64,000 nt of DNA from positions 128,001 to 192,000 of the forward strand of contig JBCBUK010000001.1 of assembly GCA_039818205.1 (NCBI GenBank), written 5' to 3'. The DNA is from Verrucomicrobiota bacterium (GTDB lineage: Bacteria > Verrucomicrobiota > Verrucomicrobiia > Opitutales > Cerasicoccaceae). Each line of letters begins with the position of its first letter. Position 1 is the stretch's first letter. The position numbers were made by a program, and so were the translations under genes. Below the pieces are notes generated by a model. That model was given only the letters and a program-made list of their open reading frames with translations. It was not told the DNA's origin and did not search any database. Below are positions 17,810 through 27,500 of the stretch, in pieces.

Positions 17810-19795
17810 ATGTCGCAACATTTTCTTTTCTCCTTCGTTTCTACCAATCTCCTGCGAGTCGCAGCTCTGAGCTACTTCATCGCTTTTTCCTACCTCGCAT
17901 CCTTGTCGGCCGAGCCGATTGACTACTATGCTCCACATCCTTTTGGAACCGAAGGAAACGCCAACCAATGTGATAACACTGCAATTGGGAAATGGTGGAT
18001 CGAGCGTGATGGTGAATGGGGCCACGATAAGGATGGTCGCAAATGGTTCCTCGAGAGAGAGCGCGAAAAGGCCTTGGCATTCGTTCTATACACTCATGAC
18101 GATCGCGTCCTCAAGCTAACCGCACAAACCTTTCCCCTTTACCCGGAAGAACCAAAAACGATCACGCTCGAATTTTTCCGAGATGGCCAGTGGCAACCCG
18201 TCGCTCAAGAACCGATTCAATACCCGGGCTGGTCCGCACACTTTCGAATCGAGAACTGGGATAACTCGCAGGACGTTCGCTACCGAGCACGCCTCGGCGA
18301 CCTTTCCAGCTACGAGGGATTAATTCGCAAAGACCCTGCAGATAAAGAATCCATCGTTGTTGCCTCCATGTCATGCAACTCGCCCAAGGATAAGACCCGG
18401 TATGAACGCATGGAGCTCACAAACAATTTGATAATGCATGACCCCGACTTGTTGTTCTTCGCTGGCGATCAAAACTACACGCACGATGAGCACACTTACG
18501 GTTGGCTCATGTGGGGAGTTCACTATGCAGCCGTGACCAAAGATCGGCCCACGATAACCATCACCGATGATCATGACATTGGGCACGGAAACCTCTGGGG
18601 TGCCAACGGAAAGGTATCACTGATCCAAGGCAATGCCGACGGCGGGTACAAATACCCAGCCAGTTTCGTCAACATGGTGCAGCGATGCGAAATGTATCAC
18701 CTCCCTGATACATTTGATCCGCAACCTATTCTTCAGGATATCTCCGTCCACTACACTGACCTGACACTCGGCGGCATCAGCTTTGCCATCCTGGAAGACC
18801 GGAAGTTCAAAACCGGTCCGTACGGACGCATTCCCCAAATGGGACCGCGCCCCGACCACATTAACGATCCCGACTATGACCGGTCCGGGGTTGACCTCGC
18901 AAACCTGAAACTACTTGGCGACCGTCAACTGAAGTTTCTCGATGCGTGGGCTCGCGATTGGTCGGACAGCTCGATGAAAGTGGTGCTCTCACAAACGGCA
19001 TTCTGTGGGGCCGTCCATCTCCATGGTGATGCATCTAACCGCCTCCTCGCTGACCTTGATTGCAACGGCTGGCCGCAAACTGGTCGCGACCGCGCCGTTC
19101 GCGCGATTCGCCGGGTCAAAGGAACGCATCTTTGCGGCGATCAACATTTAGCAACGGTATTGAAGCACGGTATTGACGACTTTCGCGATGGTCCGATGGC
19201 CTTCACCGGGCCCGCCCTTGTGAATACCATCTACGGGCGCTGGTGGTGGCCGTTAGACGAAGCAGCTGGTGGTGGCGCACCAATCGACAGCCCCCTGCCT
19301 TGGGTGGGCGACTACGAAGACGGTTTGGGTAATAAGATCACGATGTTCGCCTACGCAAACCCCGAATACCAAAAGACCAAGGAGCTCAACAGCGACCCCG
19401 CTCGCGAGAATCGCGGCGATGGCTATGGCTTGGTTCGATTCAACAAGGCGACTCAAGACATCACCTTTGAATGCTGGCCGCGATTCGCCGATCTATCGCA
19501 GGGTGATGCGGCTCAGTTCGAAGGTTGGCCGATCACGTTCAACATGGACCTAAACGATGGTCGAGAGCCAATTGCTCATCTTCCTTCCGTCATCCTGCCC
19601 CATGCCAACGCGGTCGTCCAGCTAACCGACCAAGCTACCGGCGAACTCATCTACTGCTATCGCCTTCAGAATCAAGCGGGCGAGGCCTATGAGGCACCGA
19701 TTTTTACCAGCAGTGCCTACCAGCTCGCAATTGGACAAAGCCAGCCAGACACCGTGCTACTCGACAACATAAACATCCTCGTCGAAGACCAATAG
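17810..19795 (+). CDS. PhoD-like alkaline phosphatase/phosphodiesterase (PVC-type)
   Basis: ASMSC, FFAGDQNY, DDHDIG, EDRKFK and LCGDQH metallophosphoesterase motifs; N-terminal export signal. Confidence 0.75.
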   Translation: MSQHFLFSFVSTNLLRVAALSYFIAFSYLASLSAEPIDYYAPHPFGTEGNANQCDNTAIGKWWIERDGEWGHDKDGRKWFLEREREKALAFVLYTHDDRVLKLTAQTFPLYPEEPKTITLEFFRDGQWQPVAQEPIQYPGWSAHFRIENWDNSQDVRYRARLGDLSSYEGLIRKDPADKESIVVASMSCNSPKDKTRYERMELTNNLIMHDPDLLFFAGDQNYTHDEHTYGWLMWGVHYAAVTKDRPTITITDDHDIGHGNLWGANGKVSLIQGNADGGYKYPASFVNMVQRCEMYHLPDTFDPQPILQDISVHYTDLTLGGISFAILEDRKFKTGPYGRIPQMGPRPDHINDPDYDRSGVDLANLKLLGDRQLKFLDAWARDWSDSSMKVVLSQTAFCGAVHLHGDASNRLLADLDCNGWPQTGRDRAVRAIRRVKGTHLCGDQHLATVLKHGIDDFRDGPMAFTGPALVNTIYGRWWWPLDEAAGGGAPIDSPLPWVGDYEDGLGNKITMFAYANPEYQKTKELNSDPARENRGDGYGLVRFNKATQDITFECWPRFADLSQGDAAQFEGWPITFNMDLNDGREPIAHLPSVILPHANAVVQLTDQATGELIYCYRLQNQAGEAYEAPIFTSSAYQLAIGQSQPDTVLLDNINILVEDQ

Positions 19796-19909
19796 GTACG
19801 GACTCAGGCCCATAGTTGGGAGGATGAGTTGGTTGCGGGTTTTGTATCTTTTATGTTACGCGGAAAGTGATCCTTGTCGCGATGCCCACATCCCACTAAT
19901 CGAAGGCCC

Positions 19910-20413
19910 ATGAAATCACGTTATTACGCGATTGTTGCGGTTGCCACATTGGGACTCGTCATTGGCTTATCTGGAAGCAATCGAGCCTCTGGGAACACTA
20001 GCGACCTAGAGGCAAGCTTCACGCCCAAGGAAAAGGAACTCGCTTCTTACATGGCCGAGCTCCAGGTGCTGAGCCACAAACTGGGTCTATCGATCGATGC
20101 CGATAACGAACCGCTCATCAAATTTTACCTTCACGAGTCCAAAGTGAAAATCGAGGAGATTCAAAATGAGTTACCGGAATACGAGGGCGTACCCGTGGCA
20201 CTCTATATGGACCGTATGGCATGGCCCGCCTACAAGAGCCTCGACCAAGCGCTAGCATCGAAATCTGGATACAACTCGAAGGCGGTTAGAGAAGCGTATC
20301 GTGTGTTGATCAACTCTTGCAATGCGTGCCACATTAGCTCCGAGCACCCATATATCCGCATCAAACACAATAAGTCGAATCCTTACCTACAAGACTTCGC
20401 CGCTCAAGATTGA
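19910..20413 (+). CDS. Exported monoheme c-type cytochrome (helical, cytochrome c'-like, C-terminal CxxCH)
   Basis: N-terminal signal/TM; single NSCNACH near the C-terminus; helical body (YMAELQ..HKLGLS..FYLHE). Confidence 0.75.
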   Translation: MKSRYYAIVAVATLGLVIGLSGSNRASGNTSDLEASFTPKEKELASYMAELQVLSHKLGLSIDADNEPLIKFYLHESKVKIEEIQNELPEYEGVPVALYMDRMAWPAYKSLDQALASKSGYNSKAVREAYRVLINSCNACHISSEHPYIRIKHNKSNPYLQDFAAQD

Positions 20414-20418
20414 TTGGT

Positions 20419-21462
20419 ATGAAACCGTATCCTTTAAGATTAGCTTTGCCGCTCGGAATGGTCGCGTTACTCGTCCGGCCAACTCCTGGGATTGCCCAGG
20501 AAGTTACCAACAATCGACCGCATATTTTGGCAATTAAGTCAGAGTTCATCGCCAACCGTGAAGAATCTACCATCGTGAACTCCTTGGGCTTCATGGTCGA
20601 AACCGACGGTTTTCTTCTCTGCTGCTACGAACAGATCATCGACCCGGCAAGCGGCGAACTATCCCATTCGATCCAAGTCATCTCGCCTGAGATAGACGAC
20701 TACGAACCACAACCGGCCAGCATTATTGGTGTTGAGCCTACCTTGAATTTTGCGGTCCTCAAAATTGACACCAGCGACGAGCTTCGCAAAAGCCAACTTG
20801 CTGATGAGATTCTACTGACTAAATACGATGCCGTCGGCACCTATCGACTCCGCGACGAAGAAATTGCCGATATCGAAGGCGAATTTCTCCAAATGAATGA
20901 GCTCGAGTGTTACCAACAAAGCCTTACTGGATCGATGATGAAAGCACGACTCGGTCTCGACCAATCAAGCTTTGGTGCCCCGGTTTTTGATGCGAGCGGT
21001 GAAGTCATAGCGGTCTACACTGGCTATGAGCCGATAGACCCATCGTTGGATGAAAACGAAGAGCAAGGCGACTATCTGTTGCCAATTACCTTGGCCAACA
21101 CAGTTTACCAAAGCATCAAAGAACGCCAGAGTCTCGAGTCTCCCTGGACCGGATTTTCGGTTAGTCGCCTTAGCGACGAGGAAAGATCTATTTTCCCACT
21201 CAACAATGGACAGATCAAGGGAGGGATTCGCATTGAACATATTTGGGAGGGTGGCCCTGCCGAAGGGCTCGGAATCCAATCTGGAGACATCCTCGTTAAG
21301 TTCGCTCACAATCCTGTCGAATCCGTCGGCGACTTTCAAAAATGGCTCTATCTTTATGGCGTCGGTCAATCCGTGAAACTGTATCTGATCCGCGACCGCA
21401 AAGAACTCGTCATCATCGAATACACGATCGAAAAACGCCCGGATTGGGCGCGTCCTGAATAG
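20419..21462 (+). CDS. HtrA/DegP-like trypsin-fold + PDZ protein, catalytic triad absent
   Basis: GFMVETDGFLL, IIGVEPTLNFAVLKI, FGAPVFDASGEVI; PDZ PWTGF..GGPAEGLGIQSGDIL. An alternative TTG start at 20410 overlaps the cytochrome stop. Confidence 0.8.
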   Translation: MKPYPLRLALPLGMVALLVRPTPGIAQEVTNNRPHILAIKSEFIANREESTIVNSLGFMVETDGFLLCCYEQIIDPASGELSHSIQVISPEIDDYEPQPASIIGVEPTLNFAVLKIDTSDELRKSQLADEILLTKYDAVGTYRLRDEEIADIEGEFLQMNELECYQQSLTGSMMKARLGLDQSSFGAPVFDASGEVIAVYTGYEPIDPSLDENEEQGDYLLPITLANTVYQSIKERQSLESPWTGFSVSRLSDEERSIFPLNNGQIKGGIRIEHIWEGGPAEGLGIQSGDILVKFAHNPVESVGDFQKWLYLYGVGQSVKLYLIRDRKELVIIEYTIEKRPDWARPE

Positions 21463-21463
21463 A

Positions 21464-21499
21464 AAGAAAAAGGCCTCATCCCATGCGAGACGAGGCCTT
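21464..21499. terminator. Terminator between convergent genes
   Basis: AAGGCCTC...GAGGCCTT stem preceded by an A tract (U tract on the minus strand). Confidence 0.6.
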
Positions 21500-21523
21500 C
21501 CCAAAGTAACCGAGCGACCACTC

Positions 21524-24500
21524 CTATTCGTAGTTCACTCGGAAGAAAATTTCGGGCTCAGTCGCGGGAGTTAGCATATAATCATACTCGATCTCCTCGT
21601 AGTCGCCAGTGGTGGTGATCGTCGCATCATTCTCCCAATTGGGAACTTCGATCCAGCTCATTGGATCCAGCGTTGTGCTTCGCTCGAGCTTTGCCTGCTC
21701 AGGAACGGAGCCACTCAGCGGCCGGAAAAAGCTGATTTGGACTTGCAAGGGCGCTGGCGAACCAAAGTCCAACAATGGGCCACTAACACCGTTGGCACTG
21801 GTGTTGGTTAGGAAGTGCAGATAGTTCGAGACGCCGTCAAAGTTGGGATCGGCATTGGGGCTAGTGTCCGTTCCTTCAAGCAACTGCTCGAGCGTGAACT
21901 GCTCGGCAACAAATTTTTCATAAGTGGTATCTCCTGCTGACAAGAAAATCGCATCGGCAAACTGATAGAAGTCGATGAATGGATTTCGGTTGAACTGCCC
22001 CAAGACATTACCACCACCAACATCGACGCCTTCATAGATCTGGTTATTTCTCTCAATTTCGTAGGCGGTCGGTGGAAAGGCCCGATTCCACTCCAGGAGT
22101 GTTGAAAGAATACCCATTTCACTTGATCCCGAAGGACTGTCCGAAAGCATCAGGTTCGTTGTCGAAGGATCCGATCCATCGTAGCGAACCATCATATAGA
22201 ATACGGCTCGTGCGACCATTCCCTTGTCCCGATCAAGTGGCTCCCAAGAGTTGGAATCGCGGGTTGATTCCGGCGCAAACGAATTCGATGTGGTTCCACC
22301 GGTACTTTCGTCGAATGGCAAATTCGAACGCAGGCTGTTTACATCTGACTGGCACGGGAACAGGCTATGCAGATCAGAATGGTCCGGTCCGTTGTCACCG
22401 ACACCCAGGCTGCGAGGCCACACGTGTTCGCGGTTCCAGCTACCCGAGCTTTTCGACAGCGTGGCCAACGAATATATCAGACGAATTGCACTGGAGTCGG
22501 ATTCATCCTCATCGATCACCCGGAATACATCAGGCGCATCGCCATAGCTCACTTGTGTATGGTCATCAATAATATCATGGAGCGCGTTTTGCAACGCGGT
22601 GCCCGTCAAGCCTTCGGCACTCTGGTAGTAAGACAAGAGCACCTGAGCATTCACCGGCACAAATAGATCGACGTAAACCAAGTGGTGGTCGGAAACCGCT
22701 GCAATGCCCTCAGGGCTTGGCCAGAACACCCCGGCGCCGGTGATCGTCTGATTCGCCGATGGCAATGCGTAGTCAACCCGTAGACCACCCACGAAGTCCG
22801 CGGTATCCGATGGCTCGGGACCACCAATACCCGTCGGAACAATCGTGTTATTGATCAGGGGCTCATCAGTAAACTGAAGCGCTGCGTCAGCCGTGCTGTC
22901 GCCCTCATCTGGATCCGCATTGTAGTCGCCCAGGATGACAAACTTTTCGCCGCCTGTGAAGCCACCCGTTGGACTTGGCGGTGTTGTGTTTCCGGCCGAA
23001 ATTAACTCGGCGTCATCGTAAATATAACTCTCACCTTTGATGTAATCGGCCCAGAATCGAATCTCATCGTGATTACGGCGGCCATTCTCATCAACGATGG
23101 TCGGATTCGCGAAATCGGTCTCCGTTCCATCGTCAAACGCCGGAGGCGTTGGGTGAGCGCAGAGGGCATGAATTGTTTCGGAACCCACCAAGATTGGCAC
23201 ATCCCAATGGCTTTTCGAGGACAGGCGAAATACATCTTGCTCAGCCGCTGTGTAGTAGTTGCCCGTGTCAAAATCGCCGTCGGAGTCCAGCGGATCCGGC
23301 GGCAGAAGATTATTGGGCATGTCTTTCCACAAGAACTGCTGGAACGTGCGGATGCCCGAGTAATTAATTGGATACTTTGACAGGAGCACCATGCCGTATT
23401 GACCTTCGTATTCGCCAAAGCCAAACGCATCATCGCCGTAAGCCTGCGAGCCCGGCGTCGAGACCACGGAGCCATTGTTGTCCAGGTCAAATCCTGAATG
23501 GACTCCCGTATTAACCGGCGCAAGATAGGTGTACCCATAGTAAACTGGGCTCTGACCATTCTGAGGAACAGCAAGGTAGTTATCCAGGAAGTTGCGCAAT
23601 GCTTGGCCACCCGAATCATAGTCAAATTCATTGATCAAGATAACGTCAGCGTTGTTGATCTGGATAATTTCGGCGACCTCATTGATGTGAGTGGTATTCG
23701 TGATCGAGGTCGCCGCGATGAGTCCATTTGGAAACTCCGCCATGGATCCGTTGAAGGTTGCGAAGCGGATTGAAGATGGCTCATTCACCACATCGCTATT
23801 GATATCGATCGTGACTGAATCGAACACATGTGAAACGCCGTCGAATGCCTGGATACGAATCACGTATTGGCTGCGCACGGAAGTATCGATATTACTTGCG
23901 TCATTGATCGTGATCACCCCTGAATTCGGATTGATGCGGAAAGCCGGACCGCCGCCGTTGGCCTCCATAAAGCACATCTGAGCGCCCTGGACCAAGTTAT
24001 TGGCCGCAATCAGACCGTCCGTTACCGAGTGGGCTTGGACGTTGAACAGGAACAAGGAACCGCCGGCCTCCCCAAACAGGCTTGAAACGTCTAAGATGCC
24101 CGATGATTCCCAGTTTCCGAGGTCATTGGTGCTGCCATCCGTAGAACCCAATGGAAGGACAACGTCGCGGCACATCTGGGCAATGCGAGTCGCTTGGCCA
24201 GTTGTGGAGTCGACCTTCCAGATCGAGGTTTCCTGGCCCGAGTTGGCAAAATCCGTCGTCGCCCCGCCAGCTCGGTCTTCTTGGATGTAGAGGAAATTGT
24301 CATCGGCCCAGTCGAGGTTGTCTGGATTGCGAAGTCCTTGCTCTGAGCTAAAGAACTGCCCACCACCCTGATCGTCCGCATCGTAAAGCAGATCGATATC
24401 GGCGGTCGGCGCACCCAGGTTTGTGAAATCAACATCAACGATGTAGATACAGCCCCATTTATCAAACGGGAACAAGTTGCCTCGCCCGGTGCTGGCGAAC

Positions 24501-27500
24501 GCAAAACGGGTCCCATCATTCGGGTCAGTCGCCAAGTCTTCCGGACGTGAGAACGAAAAGCCGCCGAGAGAATCCGATTCCGAACGCATGGTTGTGCCAT
24601 CCTTGTAACCAGCGGAATCATGGCCCGCTTGACCGGCCTGGGATACGTCCTGTGGATCAATCTCAACAAAGGTTCCCGCACGGTTTGATCCCGTGCCAAA
24701 AAACTGCTGAGGGGTGGTATTTCCATTGTCTGCCCGCCAAACATAAAGCGTTCCAAACTCCAAACCATTCCGTGCGAGGAAGCTACTCGAAGCCAGGCCA
24801 TCCTTATCCTTACCCTTCTCACCCACATAGAGGTAGAGTGGCGCGCTCTCAAGGTCATCGCCGAGCACAAATGCGACGTGAGTCGTCGTTCCCGTATCGA
24901 GTAGCGCAACATTCTCCCACGAGCCACGCCCCATTGCCGGTACCGCGTAAAAGCCTCCGCTGGCAACGTCGAGTGCCCAGACAGTGCCACCATGCGCACT
25001 ACCAAATGTCTTAGCGGCTTCCTCACCATTCATGTAGATGCGATCAGCAAGACCGCGACCAGCTCCGAAAGAATTGGCTTCGTAGAGCGAGCTGGAACAC
25101 ATCCGATCGAATCCTTCGGTCGCATGCCCACGCTCATTGATTTGCGACGCAGCCGTAACGATATTTCCACTGCGATCGTAGATTGTATCGTACGCGTATC
25201 CGCCATCAACGACGCTGCGGGTTGCCTTGTCGATATCCAAGTAGGAAACGCGCGCACCCGTAATCGAAGTTCCATTGGCCAGTTGATAGGCGTAGCCCTG
25301 TTCTGGTTCGATCTCGTGATTGAAGAAGACCCGGACGGTGTCCACATCCAGCTCGTAAGCGCCAATACCATCGAAGACACCCACGGGGCTAAAGTTTCCC
25401 GGTGTATTGGAATTCAGAGCACCAGAGGCTCCACTAACCGCATCGCCCGCGGTAAAGACCGGCGTAATCTTGAACCCAGCACCAGCAACTGGCTTCATTT
25501 TCGTTGGTGCCGCATCCCCGGCAAGAATCGCATATTGGAAACCTTCGTTCCCGACAATTGCGCTGTTCAAATCACCGATCACCGTGCCAGACAATGCGTT
25601 CTCGGATGTGGTAAAAGGCCCAACCGTGTCAATCGCTGGAGTCGTCGTGGTGAAATCATATGTCGTGGTATCAACAATGCCCGCGAAGCTGTTACCCGAT
25701 GTATCAAGCACGGCGCCGGCATCAACCTGAACATAGTAGGATGTGGCAGGATCAAAATTCGCCGCCGGATTGATTGTTAGTGTTCCGAGGTTGGCCGTAA
25801 CCTGCGGAGTGGTGACATCAATTGTTTCGACAATGCTGTTGTTGCTGGAACGGCGAATGGTTATGTTACCGGTTCCCTTCTGAATGATCTCGTTAAAGTT
25901 GATTAAGAGGTTGGAGTTTACGATGACTCCAATCGCGTCATCGGATGGGTCGAAGCTAGCAACAACCGGTGCAGTGGTATCCGTAACCGCCGATTCGGTT
26001 ACCTCAAGGGTCAAGCTTGGGTTGCCGGGATCAAAGGTATTGTTGAGACCCGAATAGGTAATCGCATCGAGCGAACCGACTGCGGCAATGATTATGCTGA
26101 ACTCGGCTCCATTCTGCAATTGCGCCAATAAGTCCGCTTCTACACCGCTCAAATCGAGAGTAAAGGTGTCTTGCGCCCCACCCGCTTGCGCCGTGTAAGG
26201 AAACTGGCCAAGCGATACCGGCGTGTAGGTAAACTCAGAATTATCAATCCCATTGATCACCGCCAAAGTATTCGTCAAGCCAGCATAGTTTCCATTGTAA
26301 GTATCGGTGGTTAGGAAGAATTCGACGGTCGCCGTCGCCGAAGTAAAGCTGCGGTCATTATGTGTCAGCGTTAAGTCCGCACTCACAATGTTGTCGATCT
26401 GCTGCGCACCGTTGAGCGCGAAGTCCAAATTGGAGAACTGGAAACTAGCGATACTGTAGATGGCGAACTGGCCTTGACCACTTCCCTCTGCATAGAATTC
26501 AGTTGAACCAATGTCGCCACCCGTTCGAATACCTGCCAGGGCAAACAGATCCTTGGTCGCCGTGGCATCCGGGGTCACTGCGCCAATATCCGTGAGGAAG
26601 TTCCAAATAGTTTTGTCACTGAATCCGGCGAATGCATTTCCGGCAGTATCTTCGATGGCGCCGCCGTCGATCTGAACATAGTAATCCGTGTTGTCGGCAA
26701 ACGTTCCAGTTGGGTCGACGGTTATCGTGTCACCATTGATACTAACCTTTCCGGAACCAATTGATACGGTTTCGAATGTTGAATCGTCGCCGGTAAGTTT
26801 GATGGTGATGTTGCCCGAACCAGCAGCAATATTTTCATTGAACGTGATCTCCAGGTTCGCGTTGTTTGCGACCAGGTTCGAATCATCGGCGGGTGAAAGC
26901 GTGACCAAATTTGGAGCAGTAAGATCCGGCGCCGCTGTGGAAAAATTCCAGCTCGTAGTATCGCTTATCCCGGCAAACGCATTAGCGGAAACATCTTCAA
27001 TCGCCCCGTTGTCGATCTGAACGTAGTAGGCAGTACTCGTATCCAAGTTGCTGGTCAGATCAATCGTCACCGAAGCGTTGTTGATGGTGACGTTACCGGA
27101 GCCAATCGCTACCGTTTCGACGACCGAGTCGTTAGATGCCAAGTGAATGACAATGTTGCCGGTGCCGGCTTGGACGTTTTCGTCAAATGTGATCACCAAG
27201 TTGCCATCGATGGCAAAGTCTGCCCCGTCATCAATGGGACTCAGGCTGGCAATTGAGGGCGGCGTCGAATCATTCGAATTCGTCGCCGAGATTCCGAGTT
27301 CAAGGTTTGGATTGCCAGGATCGAATGTGTTATTCAGGCCCGCGTAGGTAATCGAGTCACTCGCGCCAACAGGGGCGATAATGATACTGAACTCACCCTC
27401 CGCGTTCAACTGCGCCAAGACACTCGACTCAACGCCACTTAGATCCAGCGTGAATTGATCTTGAACACCACCAGTCGCAGCGGTGTATGCAAATTGGCCG

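Noticed and set aside
24091..25780. 312-aa (minus, alternate frame) and 262-aa (plus) ORFs inside the megaenzyme
   Set aside because: They overlap the PhoX domain and have the Arg/Ser/Pro-rich composition typical of off-frame reads.
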